From: Macrostomum hystrix
Lineage: Eukaryota > Animalia > Platyhelminthes
DNA length: 64,000 nucleotides
Direction: 5' to 3'
NCBI GenBank assembly: GCA_950097015.1
Contig: CATNEN010000001.1
Location: 13,454,001 to 13,518,000 of the forward strand
Position 1 is the stretch's first letter, and every line of letters begins with the position of its first letter. The position numbers were made by a program, and so were the translations under genes. Shown here one piece after another: positions 47,830-60,772 of this stretch. The notes under the pieces were generated by a model. It made no database searches. It saw only the letters and a program-made list of their open reading frames with translations, and had not been told where the DNA came from.

Positions 47830-48572
47830 GCAGTCCCTTCTCCCCCTCAGTCCCTTCTCCCTCTCAGTCCCTTCTCCCTCTCAGTCCCTTCTCCCTCTCA
47901 GTCCCTTCTCCCCCTCAGTCCCTTCTCCCCCTCAGTCCCTTCTCTCCCTCAGTCCTTTCTCTCCCTCAGTCCCTTCTCCCCCTCAGTCCCATCTCCCTCT
48001 CAGTCCCTTCTCCCCCTCAGTCCCTTCTCCCTCTCAGTCACTTCTCTCCCTCAGTCCTTTCTCCCCCTCCGTCCCTTCTCCCCCTCACTCCCTTCTCCCC
48101 CTCAGTCCCTTCTCCCCCTCAGTCCCTTCTCCCCCTCAGTCCCTTGTCCCCCTCAGTCCTTTCTCCCTCTCAGTCCCTTCTGCCTCTCAGTCCCTTCTGC
48201 CTCTCAGTCCCTTCTCCCCCTCAGTCCCTTCTCTCCCTCAGTCCTTTCTCTCCCTCAGTCCCTTCTCCCCCTCAGTTCCATCTCCCTCTCAGTCCTTTCT
48301 CCCCCTCAGTCCCTTCTCCCCCTCAGTCACTTCTCTCCCTCAGTCCCTTCTCCCCCTCCGTCCCTTCTCCCCCTCACTCCCTTCTCCCCCTCAGTCCCTT
48401 CTCCCCCTCAGTCCCTTCTCCCTCTCAGTCCCATCTCCCTCTAAGTCCCATCTCCATCTCAGTCCCATCTCCCTCTCAGTCCCTTCTCCCTCTCAGTCCC
48501 TTCTCCCCCTCAGTCTCTTCTCCCTCTCAGTCCCTTCTCCCCCTCAGTCCCTTCTCCCATTCAGTCCCTTCA
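47830..48572. repeat. 17-bp minisatellite (CAGTCCCTTCTCCCCCT)n
   Basis: Direct reading; shorter paralogous array at 61320-61658. Confidence 0.95.
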
Positions 48573-49181
48573 AAATGGCTTTCCAATGTGAAATTTCTCA
48601 TATTTTGCTTATTTTGCCAATTGTTTTGCAATCAGCTGAAGTTCTTTGTCAGGGACATCCTCATGGTGGAATCTTACTCTAGTTAAGAAAACTTCCCACC
48701 AGGAAAGACAATGTTCTGGATGAAAGCCAAGCGTCAATTGAATTATAGATCTTTCTTGTCTGCTTCGATCTCGAAATTGTTAATTTAATCAGGCGAAGAA
48801 TTTCCTTGAAAATTCTTTGTGAAAATGCAACTGGGGAGTCATCCAAGTTGCTCTTGGTGAGATTTTCATGCAAACCAAAAACTCGATTAATTTTAACGAA
48901 ACAAAGTTGAAACGAATTTTTTTCTCAGCGACAGAATTAAATTTATCGCTAGTCGAGCTTGAAACACAATAATGCGCGAATATTCATTTCTATTCATTGC
49001 TAATCAACCGAGCAACGGTTATTGAACTGCCAGAGAGATCACATGCAACTCCTGGCATCAAAGTCCATTGTTACTGCGTATTATATTTTACTGTTGACTC
49101 CCCTCTCTTGACTCTCCATAGCTATTGTCTTATCACTACGAGGCATTCTCCAATCACTCTGAAGCTCTTGGCACTCAAAAG

Positions 49182-49548
49182 GTATTCTCTTGTCACTCAG
49201 AGGCTACTCTCTTGTCACTCAGAGGCTATTCTCTTGTCACTCAGAGGCTACTCTCTTGTCACTCAGAGGCTATTCTCTTGTCACTCAGAGGCTATTCTCT
49301 TGTCACTCAGAGGCTATTCTCTTGTCACTCAGAGGCTACTCTCTTGTAACTCAGAGGCTACTCTCTTGTCACTCAGAGGCTATTCTCTTGTCACTCAGAG
49401 GCTATTCTCTTGTCACTCAGAGGCTACTCTCTTGTCACTCAGAGGCTATTCTCTTGTCACTCAGAGGCTATTCTCCTGTCACTCAGAGGCTATTCGCTTG
49501 TCACTCAGAGGCTATTCTCTTGTCACTCAGAGGCTATTCTCTTGTCAC
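49182..49548. repeat. 22-bp minisatellite (CTCTTGTCACTCAGAGGCTAYT)n in the SLC23 3' UTR/flank
   Basis: ~16.5 units beginning a few bp after the stop codon; the paralog has ~30 units at 62966-63640. Confidence 0.97.
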
Positions 49549-49553
49549 GCCAG

Positions 49554-52500
49554 TCAGGCCAGTTCGCCATCAATTCCTCGATAATCCGGCAGAAACGGCA
49601 GCAGACGCAGTCGAGGCCAACGACCCAGCAGCCTCTGGCCGAAGGGCAAGTCATAGTAGGCCAGGTCCCTGCGGCGACATGCCGCCGACTGACTGGATGA
49701 AGCAGAGCCGGCCAGACCACGATCCGATGGAGTCCCTGTGGAAGGTGGGAATTATCATGTACCTGCCTTTCTTATGTATCTTAATCCCCTGCCTGAACAC
49801 CTTTGTTTTAATCCCCTTCCTGACCCCCTGTGTCTTAATCCACTGCCTGGCCCCCTGTGTCTTAATCCCCTGCCTGACCCCCTGTGTCTTAATCCCATGC
49901 CTGACCCCCTGTGTCTTAATCCCCTGCCTGACCCCTGTGTCTTAATCCACTGCCTGGCCCCCTGTGTCTTAATCCCCTGCCTGACCCCTGTGTCTTAATC
50001 CCCTGCCTGACCCCTGTGTCTTAATCCCCTGCCTGGCCCCCTGTGTCTTAATCCCCTGCCTGACCCCCTGTGTCTTAATCCCATGCCTGACCCCCTGTGT
50101 CTTAATCTGCTGCCTGACCCCCTGTGTCTGAATCCCCTGCCTGACCCCCTGTGTCTTAATCTGCTGCCTGACCCCCTGTGTCTTAATCCCCTGCCTGAAC
50201 ACATGTGTCTTAATCCCCTGCCTGAACACATGTGTCTTAATCCCCTACCTGACCCCCTGTGTCTTAATCCCCTACCTGTGTCTTGAAGCAATCGATTAGA
50301 AACCTTACCTTTAAGAAAATTATCTAGCACAAATGCGGAGAGTCCAGTAACGAAAATTTCGTTTTTTAACAGCGTGAACACAGTCTCAAGTATGATGCGG
50401 ACGGCTGAAGTATGAGATTTTAGATAAAAATTACATCAATATTTGTTTAACACTACTGTGAGTAGCTCAATTGAATATAAACTTTATAAATGTAGCTAAA
50501 TTGCAAAACTGCTACGACGCGTAGAGAAATTCTCGTGCCACTGACTTTCTCATCCCCAAATGAATGTGGTCTCGCCGATGCGTTAGAGCTTCGCCAATCA
50601 TCCCCAAATCATGAAGCTCACCTCCCTCCTTCCCAACCAGGATCTCATTGGCCGCGGATAAACCATCGATTGAGCCTGGCGACCTCAGCCAATGGGGCAC
50701 AGCCAGGCCAATAATGATTGAGTAGCCTACAATGAACACGTTCCGCTGGTCGTTCATGTTGGCGAACTGCAGGTTGGACAGGCCGACACCGGTCACCATG
50801 CCGAACATCGCTAGAAACAGACCGCCGATCACTGGCTCCGGCAGCGAGACGAACACAGCGCCAGACTTTGGACTGATGCCGAATATGAGCATGAAGGCGG
50901 CTGAGAACATGATGACGCGGCGGCTGCCGACTCGGGTGATGCCGATGGCGCCGATGTTCTCACTGTAGGAGGTGGTGCCGGTGGGCAGTCCAAATAGGCC
51001 GGCTAGGATGCAGGCCAGGCCCTCCATGACGACGCCTGGGCGGTGGTGGAAAATGTCGATTTGGACGATTCCTAAAGTCGTCAGGACGATTCCTAAACTC
51101 GTCAGGACGATTCCTAAACCCGTCAGGACGATTCCTAAACCCGTCAGGACGATTCCTAAGCCTGTCAGGTCGATTTCTAAACTCGTCAGGACGATTTTCC
51201 TGATCTGTCAGAATTATTCCTAAACCTGTCAAGACGATTCCTAAACCTGTCAGGGCAATTCCTAAACCCACCAATGACGATTCCAAAACTCGTCAGGACG
51301 ATTGCTCGCACCGGCGGGACACAATGCCTGTGTGGTATGAGTCAGACCAGGCCTACGGGCTAAGGTCTGCGATGCCTCACACCTGCAGTCGTTTTTTGAG
51401 CAGGCTTGGCAGGAAGGAGACCTGCAGTGCCTTCGGGTGCAGGAATCCTCTCCACGTTGTCCCGTCAGCTGACCCATGGGTACTCGTCCCGCGAGTGTTC
51501 AAGGCTGACCCTAGGGCAGCCGGACAGAATGGGCAACAGCGCTGGATGACCCATCCTGGGCCTCTGGCCAAACTGGGTACCTTTAGCCCTGGCTGGAGCC
51601 CATTGACCTCAGAGCCCACCCTTTGACCTCAAGCAGGGTATGCGGCCAGTCCGCAGCTTCCGTTAACCTGTGGGTGATCAGGTACCTCTGGCTACGGCTC
51701 TGAGGGAAAGGTGTCACCCTTTGACCTCAACATGGTTTGCGGCCAGTCCACAGGCCTCGGCGCTGGCTCAATGGCGCCCTCCAATGTCCCAGTGTTGACC
51801 GTGCTGATGGACGCTTGGCCAGGGAGTAGTCTGGTCTCCTACGGTTCCTCCCAGTGGTCCTGGCATCCCACCCCGGGTTGTAACTTGTCTTTTTTGGCTG
51901 ACCCCGCTCAGCTTTGGGATCGCGGCTGAGTGGGTTATTCCTGCCTGTGTCTACAGGAAGCCCCTTTTCTCTTTGCAGCTGCAATGGCTTCCTGCCAACT
52001 TTCTGCTCCGACCGAGGACACCACGGTGCCCAAGGTCACAAACGCTGCGGCGCCCGGGCCTGCCCCTGCGAACGCCACAAATGCTGCGCTACCCATCTTG
52101 CGCGGTGACCGGGGCATTAAGCGCTCCACGACTTCTGGAGCGGCGAAACGCCGCAGGCGCCTGAAGGCCCAAGGCAAGCCGGCTTCGTCGACCGAGGACC
52201 GGGCCCAGGCCCAGGGGGCCGAAGGGGCTCTGCCTAGGGCGGGGGCTGGGGTGGGGGGCCCTGCGCCTCCTGCCCAGGCTCCTGCACAGGGCGGGGCTCA
52301 CGACTCCCCGAGGCCAGGGTCACGGGCCAAGGAGGTCCCGGCGCCCATCCGGCCGGCGGCTCGGCTTGAAGGAGGAGTGGAGGCGGAGGGCCCCGTGCCC
52401 ACCACCGACGCAAATCCTGAGAGTGGGGACGCGGCAGGAAAGGGCCCGGGACCACGAGCTACCTACGCCACCATCGCGCGCAGGCAACCTGCCATCGTGG

Positions 52501-55500
52501 TAACTGGCAAGGACGGCAAACGGCTGAGCGGCGAACAGCTCAGCGACATCTGCCGCAGCGTAGACGCTATGCTGTGGCAACTCCAACTAAAGGGCGAGCC
52601 CCTGGCGGTCGGCGCGAGCGCTACCAGGGATTCGTGCTTTGTTTTCTGGCCCGGAGATGCGGAGTCAGGGCGGCGGCTCCTGGAGCTGCTGCCCACGCAG
52701 AGCTGGGCGGCCGACCTCGCTTCCCTCCGGGAGAACGAGCCGCCGCAGACAAAACGACACCGCATTTTCGTCCCGGCGAAAAGCGTCGTCAATAGCGCTG
52801 AGGACCTCCGCATGGGCCTCATCGCGATGAACCGGGAGCTCCCGACAGCGGGCCTAATCGTGCACCGCACGATCCTGCGCCCCGACGGCACCGGCTTCAC
52901 CGCCATTCTGGGCCTGTCCGAGCAATGGACACGCCGTTACCCAGATGGCGCAAACATCTGCATCGGTCTGTGAAAGACCAAAATCTTCGCCTACGAGGCC
53001 GACAAACCCTGGGTCAGACCGGGCCCACCACCATTTCGGCCACTGAAGGGTCCTCGGACCCCGAGGCTGGAACCGGGGGCAGGGCCCAGTCGTCTCGCCA
53101 AAAAAGGCCAGAGCGCGCCATTGCCGGCAGCTCTGAGCGTCGCTCCGCGCGCGCCACCAAGCGCCGGGGCCTTCTCCAGCGGGCCTCCGAGGTGGTGCGA
53201 ACCGCCAAGGTGACCCAGCTGCGCAGTGAGATGCGCGGTGGCCCACCGGGGCAGGCGCCGCAACCAAGGGCTACGGGGAAGGCATCTGAGGTGACCAGCT
53301 CTAACGAGCAGGGCCCTTCGAGCGCCCCTCCCACGGCCCAGGGTGCGGTGTCGGCACCGTTTGAGGGAGACTCTGGGCCTGGGCTCGGGGCCGGGGGTGG
53401 GGAATGGGCGGCTGACCCCGTTGAGTTCCCGCCTCTGGCTCGGGGCCGGGGCACGGAAGAGCCCATGGCTACCGACATCGACCCGGAGGAGGAGGACCGC
53501 CTTCTGGCTGAGTCCCCCTCCAAGTTGACCTCTGCCTGCATGATGATCCCCGGGATATCATGTCTGTGTCTGGGTGTCTGCAACACCCAGCACTGCGTGG
53601 CAGCGTCAGTCAATCTGATGCGTACGACAGAGCGCATGATGCCAGGCCTTGTACTTGTGCAGGAGCCCTGGTTATCGAAAAACAAACCAAGCAACATTCC
53701 TGCTGGCTATGACTGCTTTTGCATGGAAGACTCTGTCCGCCCCAGATCTCTGATTTATGCTGCAAAAGCCTTAAATGCGTGGATGAGACCCGATCTTTCT
53801 AACGGGGACATCTGCGTCATTCAATCTGCACATATCGTGCCCAACAAGCTGACCCTCGTGGCATCCGCCTACCTGGCAGGCGATGCCCCCGTTGTCAACG
53901 ATACCCTCGTCACCCTTTGCGATTTCGCCAGGGCACGTAACTTTGAGCTGCTCCTCACGGGAGATGTGAACTCACATCACACCCATTGGGGTAGCTCTAA
54001 AATTAATGACCGTGGCGAAGAGCTCCTGGCCTTCGTTAGCGGCACGCCTCTTAACTTCTGCAATGTGGGCAACACGCCCACGTTCGACAATGGGCGGTGG
54101 GCTGAGGTGCTGGACGTCACCCTGGCCTCACCCGGCATCCTCCCAAGGGTGCTGGGGTGGGAGGTGTGGGAGACCGAAAGCTCACTCTCGGACCACCGTT
54201 TCATTCGCTTCAACATCGTTACTCCCGATAAGAAGCAAAAGCCAGTTTGGAGGCGTAATGTCAGTAACACCGACTGGCCCACGTTCAGCCAAAAGCTGCA
54301 TGAGGGCCTTCGGGACTCCGACCCCTCCATGGCCATGGCAACCACGCAGGACCTGGATGAAGTGGCTGGCCTGCTGGGCGGCGTCATCACTGAGGCCTAC
54401 GAAATGGCTTGCCCGCTAAAAGCCTACAAAGGCAAAAAATCGGCCCCCTGGTGGAACCCGTCGGAGTCCTAAGACGTCGAGCTAAGGCTCTCCAGAGGAA
54501 GCTGAAAATCTCGCACGACCCCGACGACAAAGAGGCCTATACTCGCGCTATCCACGAGTTTAAGGGCCGGGTCAGAAGGGCAAAAGCGGACAAGTGGCAT
54601 CAATACTGCGAAGGGCTCGAGTGCTCGCGGCCCACGGCCCGCGTGGTAAAGGCGCTCACCAACGACCGCTTCTCCAAGCTCTCGTCGATCAAAAAGCCTG
54701 ACGGCTCGATCACGGAGCGTCCGGAGGAAACGCTCGAGCTCATGCTAGGGCATGACTTCCCGAGTGTACCGGCGCACTTTGGCCCAGACGACCACTCGCA
54801 TGGCGGTCAGGGCCTGGCTCAGTCACTCGTCACAAATGACCGAATCTTTCGCGCGGCAGTCATTCAACCCTTATAAAGCACCTGGGCCAGATGGCATCTA
54901 TCCGGCCTTTCTGCATGAGGCGGTCAAAAATGGCCGCTTCCTCCATCTCCTCTGCAGACTTCTACGGGCCTGCATCGTGCTGGGCTATGTGCCAGCGCTG
55001 TGGCACGAAGCCCGGGTCGTCTTCATCCCGAAGCCCGCCAAAGGCGACTATCGCTCGGTCAAGTCCTATCGCCCGATAAGCTTGACTTCCACCTGCCTCA
55101 AGCTCATGGAAAGACTGGTGCTCTGGCGCCTTCTTACTGTAGAGCTAGGGCGGGCTCCGCTCTCCCCAAACCAACACGCCTTTCGGGCGGGCCGGTCCAC
55201 GGAGAGCGCCCTCCACTGCATTGTGGAGACTCTCGAGAAGGCAGTGCTGGGCAGTGGTTTCACCCTGGCTGTCTTCCTAGACATTAGGGGGGTCTTCGAT
55301 AACGTTGTCTTCGAAGCCTTTGAGGAGGCCCTGGTTTCCAGGGCCACTCATCCCCACCTCGTCCGCTGGGTCGTGTACATGATCCGGCATCGCCATGTGG
55401 TGGCCCACCTCGAAGGCAGGTTGCTCTCGGCACCGGTCCTGAAAGGAGGGCCCCAAGGCGGCGTCCTCACTCCACTGCTGTTGAACCTCGTCATGGATGA

Positions 55501-58500
55501 GCTGCTGAAAAGCACTCGTCCTGACCCGGTCCTGAAGGTGGGATATGCCGACGATGTGACCGCCATCTGCGCGGGCCCCTCGGCGGAAACCACCAGGTAC
55601 CTCATTCAGGGCTTTATCAACAGGGCGGTGCGCTGGGCGGACCAACGCGGGCTCCGACTCTCTGAGTCCAAGACCGTTGCGGTTATGTTTACCAGCAGAC
55701 TGCTCTGGACCATTAAGCCTCTGACTCTCTATGGCAAGAATATTGCCTTGGAAAAGCAGGTCAGATGCCTTGGTCTCCTGCTAGACCATAGGCTTAACTG
55801 GACCTCGCACATCATCACAAAGGCAAAGAGGGCCCTGGCCATACTGGCGCAAGTCAGGCGTGCCGTGGGCACCACTTGGGGGCTAACCCCCAAGAACCTT
55901 TGGTGGATTTACACGGCGATCATGAGACCGTCCGTTGCGTACGCTGGCCTCATCTGGGCCGGTGCCATGGGCATCCAGAAAAACCTGGAGGCGCTCTATA
56001 GGGTGCAGGGCAGAGCTTGTCGTATGACGCTGGGCGCCCCACCTTCCACTCCCTTCGAAGGCATGAATGCCTTCCTCAACGCTACACCTATTGACATTTT
56101 TATCAAAGGGGAAGCGGCTAAGTCCACCCGGCGTCTTCTAGATGCGGGGATCTCCTTCCAGAACGTGCGAGCCTTCCCGAAGCGCTCCCTTCTGCCTCAC
56201 TCTGACCTTTGCCTGAAAACTCTGGGCGAGTGTGGAGGGCTCACCATCCTCTCGGACGGGGCCCCGGCCACTTTACTCCGGAGCCACAGGTACAAGGTCA
56301 GCATCCTCCCTCGCAATGAGGTTAAGGATTGCTGGGATGACCCAGCGGTCCACTGCTTCACTGACGGCTCTCTGATGAACGGCAAATCGGGATTCGGAGT
56401 GTGCGTCGCCTCGGGTGGTGAGGTCCTCTGGACCCACTCCCAGCACTGTGGCAAGAGCTCTAGCGTTTTCCAAAACGAAATGCTCGCCATCAGTCTCTGT
56501 GCGGCTGAACTGCGCCAGAGGCAGCTGACTGGACGAAGGATCTTTTTTCACTCCGACAGTCAAGCAGCTCTCAAGGTCCTCAGCCGCTGCACCTCTCGCT
56601 CCAGAACCACCTTGGACTGCAACACCCAGTTAAACAGATTGGCGCAGTCTAATAAGGTGGAGCTGATGTGGATCCCTGGGCATGCCGGGTTCACAGGGAA
56701 TGAGATGGCGGACCAGCTTGCTAAGGCTGGCGCAGCCAGCTCCCTGTTGGGACCAGGCCCGGAGGCCCTGATCCCCGCCTCTGTGGTCAACTCCAACATC
56801 AACCGCTGGATGGAGACCGAACACCGGAGGAGCTGGTCTTGCACCCTGAACTGTCGCCAGTCCAGGGCTGCGGTGCCAACCCCCTCTAGTAACCTGCGTA
56901 AAGCCTTGCTTAGGCTAAATCGCAGAGACCTGAGAGCAGTCACCATGGCCCTCTCGGGACGTGGCTGCTTCACCAGACACCGCTACTTCCAAGGCCACAT
57001 GCCAGAGGAAACGTGTCCCTTCTGCTGCTCCGGACGCGAAAACGCCGAGCATTTCATCCGCCACTGCCCGGGCTTCACCCGGGCAAGGCTAAAACATCTC
57101 GGGGCGGCGCCGACCCTAGTCGAAGCCTGCTCGCCCGATAACATTTCACAGCTCGCCCACTTCCTCCGGGATACCGGCCGAGCTGAGTTCTTCCCAGCCT
57201 ATGGCGAGGAAGATCGCGCGGCGGAATCGAGCGACGGACCACCCTGAGCGGCACCGCCTCGCTGGAGGCCGTCTGGCTGCCAGGGGTTAGCGATATGGGC
57301 GGCACCGGCCGCCTCCTCGCTGCGTCCGTCATGGAGGCTCCCTGCCGCTAAGTCAAGTAAGTCAAGACGTCAGGATGATTCCTAAACCCGTCAGGACGAT
57401 TCCTAAACCTGTCAGGACGATTCCTAAACTCGTCAGGACTATTCCTAAACCCGTCAGGACGATTCCTAAACTCGTCAGGACGTTTCCTAAACTCGTCAGG
57501 ACGATTCCTAAACTCGTCAGGACTATTCCTAAACTCGTCAGGACGTTTCCTTAATCTGTCAGGACGTTTCCTTAATCTGTCAGGACGATTCCTAAACTCG
57601 TCAGGACGATTCCTAAACCCGTTTTAGTTTTAGTTCGTTCACCAACCTCTATTGATGGCGTGGGGCGGAGGTCTCGGCGCCCCCGACAGCCTTGCAGCGG
57701 CCACGTAGTCTCCGATGCTCTCTACCACGGACAGAATGACCGCGGCAACCATGCCCAGAATGCCAACTGCCAGAATTCTAGGCCTCCCAAACTGGCCCGG
57801 ATACGGAATCCGAATCCAGGCTGCCTCGCTGAAGGCTTTCGAGCCAATGTCCGTGCGAGCGGCGTAGCTCCAGTCTCTCGGGTTGTCGGTCAATGCGCCC
57901 GAGGCTGTGAGGATGCCGCAGAGGGCCCACGTGAAACCAACTGATAGCAGCACCTGCGGTTTAATATCAACATTAATAATAATAATAATAATTGCAGGGG
58001 GATGTTGACAATGGCACATTATGTGGTGACACTAGGTCCAGTGTCACCGAAAGAAGTGCTGTTGCCCACCGCCCTTGCAACTAATATTGTTATCTACTTA
58101 CCGGAAACGATTTAAACAGCGGAAATCGTTTCAGACGCAGACGTCTCTGTCGAACTGTCGGCAGCGGAACCGCCACCCAGTCCAGGATGTAGCTGAACAG
58201 AATCACAAGTGCGCAGACTCTGGCAAGGGTCAATTGACAAGAGACCATTGTTCAGTGTTCGTAGTTTGTACAATTTTCAGACCTCCTATGCGTCATTCGG
58301 TATGTGCATTCAACCTGATTGGTCAGTACTGTGCAACCCCTTCACCTGCGCCTCATCGTGCTTTGCATAAACTCTGCTTCTGCTTTGCATTTGTTTAATC
58401 GTTTGTCTTTGATTGGCTAGCGGGTGGCTGAGCTGGGGTGGTGGGCGGTTTGTTTCGTCTGTGATTGGCTAGCGGGCGGCTGAGTTAATGTGGTGAAGCG

Positions 58501-59777
58501 GTTTGTTTCGTCTGTGATTGGCTAGTGGGCGGCTGAGTTGGGGTGGTGGGCGGTTTGTTTCGTCTGTGATTGGCTAGTGGGCAGCTGAGTTGGGGTGGTG
58601 AAGCGGTTTGTTTCGTCTGTGATTGGCTAGTGGGCGGCTGAGTTGGGGTGGTGGGCGGTTTGTTTCGTCTGTGATTGGCTAGTGGGCAGCTGAGTTGGGG
58701 TGGTGAAGCGGTTTGCTTCGTCTGTGATTGGCTAGTGGGCGGCTGAGTTGGGGTGGTGGGCGGTTTGTTTCGTCTGTGATTGGCTAGTGGGCAGCTGAGT
58801 TGGGGTGGTGAAGCGGTTTGCTTCGTCTGTGATTGGCTAGTGGGCGGCTGAGTTGGGCTGGTGAAGCGGTTTGTTTCGTCTGTGATTGGCTAGTGGGCGG
58901 CTGAGTTGGGCTGGTGGGCGGTTTGCTTCGTCTGTGATTGGCTAGACCAACCCAAGGACCTCAGACTTAACTGCTGTAGTCCCACATTGGTCCCAAATGC
59001 GCTAGTGTGTTATTTCTTTCTCTCTCTTCTTCCTAATCTACTAATAGTCTCCTAGAGACAGCAGCAGCAGCAGCAGCAGTAAATCGCGACTCACAGCAAT
59101 GCTATGTACCAGTTCTTACTGGCTGCAGCGGCGGCAACGGGCACCAGTGACAAGCCAATCAGGCAGATGGTTGGCGCAATCACCAATGGCCCGATGTGGC
59201 GGACCATGACAGACGTGAGTCCAGTGGCACCCATGAGCACCTGGAACACCGACGAGACAGTCAATGTGCCGCTGATGAATGAAATTCGCTCCATCCACAC
59301 CTCTGACTGTCCGGCTGTCGAATTGCTTGTCTGAAGTCTGTCAGCGTTACTGATGTTTTCTGGCAGGCTTGTCAGCGGAGGACAGCTGGGCAGGGTGTCG
59401 GATGACAGTATTGCAAATGCGGGTATCAGGAATGTGGCCGAGGCACCCTGAATGATTGGCAGTCGGGTGCCCAGAAGAGTCTGGAGCAATGTGGCCAGGC
59501 CCATGACAAAGAAGGTTGAGGAGATCACAGCCGACCGATCGCTCAGGTTAGTGATGCAGAGCGAGTTGAAGAGCAGAGTTGGCAGGATGGCTGTGCCAGA
59601 CATCATTGTGATGAAGTGCTGCAGGCCAAGCAGAGTGCACTGGCTGACAGGCGGCGCATCCAGGATGGAGTACAGCAGGTTCTTCTTAACAATGTCTGCT
59701 TCACACTCTTCAGGGTTTGTGGCCGGCATGTCTTTCAGCTCCGTGGCAATATTGGGCACCTCCTCCTGCAAAGGCAT
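49554..59777 (-). CDS. slc23a: SLC23/NAT (NCS2) nucleobase transporter, ~599 aa; exons 59777-59095, 58219-58102, 57953-57647, 51035-50622, 50404-50309, 49735-49554
   Basis: [39 protein letters not shown] signature [30 protein letters not shown] and YDLPFG. All five introns are GT-AG with matching phases, giving 1800 nt in frame. The start codon is uncertain (acceptor-like ctttgcag at ~59768). Confidence 0.93.
49780..50283. repeat. 27-bp minisatellite (TTAATCCCCTGCCTGACCCCCTGTGTC)n, SLC23 intron 5
   Basis: Direct reading; paralogous array starts at ~63870. Confidence 0.95.
50511..50610 (-). mobile_element. Rearranged SINE fragment in SLC23 intron 4
   Basis: ccccaaatgaatgtggtctcgccg is shared with SINE copy B. 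Confidence 0.55.
51063..51303. repeat. 21-bp minisatellite (GTCAGGACGATTCCTAAACYC)n, left half
   Basis: Continues at 57368-57622 after the LINE. Confidence 0.95.
51304..57366 (+). mobile_element. Apparently full-length LINE with ORF1 and APE-RT-RNase H-CCHC ORF2 (LOA/R1/Tad1 group), antisense in SLC23 intron 3
   Basis: ORF1 from ~51984. APE: VQEPW, GDVNSHH..WGS, LDVT, SDH, PWW. RT: KAPGPDG, YRPISL, PQGGVL.PLL, YADD. RNase H: FTDGS, NEM, SDSQAAL, WIPGH..GNEMAD. Zinc finger CPFC..HFIRHC; (AAGTC)-like tail. Frameshifts near 52970, 54465 and 54860. Confidence 0.93.
57368..57622. repeat. 21-bp minisatellite, right half
   Basis: Same unit as 51063-51303. Confidence 0.95.
58400..58945. repeat. 52/53-bp alternating minisatellite with CCAAT and GC boxes, SLC23 intron 1
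   Basis: Unit GTTTGTTTCGTCTGTGATTGGCTAGTGGGCGGCTGAGTTGGGGTGGTG(GG/AAG)CG, ~10.5 copies. Confidence 0.95.
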
Positions 59778-60772
59778 AGGATAGAGTAGGATAGGATAGG
59801 ATAGGATGGAATAGGATAGGATAGGATAGGATAGAATAGGATAGGATAGGATAGGATAGAATTGGATAGGATAGGATAGGATAGGATAGGACAGGATAGG
59901 ATAGGATATTGTAGGATAGGATGGGATAGGATAGGATATTGTAGGATAGGATACTGTAGGATAGGATAGGATAGGATGGAATGGGATAGGATAGGATAGG
60001 ATAGGATAGGATAGGATAGGATAGGATAGGATTGGATAGGATAGGATAGGATAGGATAGGATAGGATACGATAGGATAGGATAGGATAGAATAGGATAGG
60101 AAAGGATAGGATAGGATAGAATAGGATAGGATAGGATGGGATAGGATAGGATAGGATAGGATACGATAGGATAGGATAGGATAGAATAGGATAGGAAAGG
60201 ATAGGATAGGATAGGATGGGATAGGATAGGATGGGATAGGATAGAATAGGATAGGATAGGATAGGATAGGATAGGATGGGATAGGATACTGTAGGATAGG
60301 ATGGGATAGGATACTGTAGGATAGGATGGGATAGGATACTGTAGGATAGGATGGGATAGGATACTGTTGGATAGGATGGGATATTGTAGGATAGGATACG
60401 ATAGGATACTGTAGGATAGGATAGGATAGGATATTGTAGGATAGGATAGAATAGGATGGGATATTGTAGGATATGATAGGATGGGATAGGATATTGTAGG
60501 ATAGGATGGGATATGGTAGGATAGGATTGGATGGGATAGGATATTGCAGGATAGGATAGGATAGGATATTGTAGGATAGGATGGGATAGGATATTGTAGG
60601 ATAGGATGGGATAGGATATTGTAGGAAAGGATAGGATATGATAGGATAGGGTATTGTAGGATAGGATAGGATAGGATATTGTAGGATAGGATGGGATAGG
60701 ATATTGTAGGAAAGGATAGGATATGATAGGATAGGGTATTGTAGGATAGGATAGGATAGAATAGAATAGGAT
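59776..60772. repeat. (ATAGG)n satellite abutting the SLC23 5' end
   Basis: Direct reading, with variant ATATTGTAGG units distally. Confidence 0.98.
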
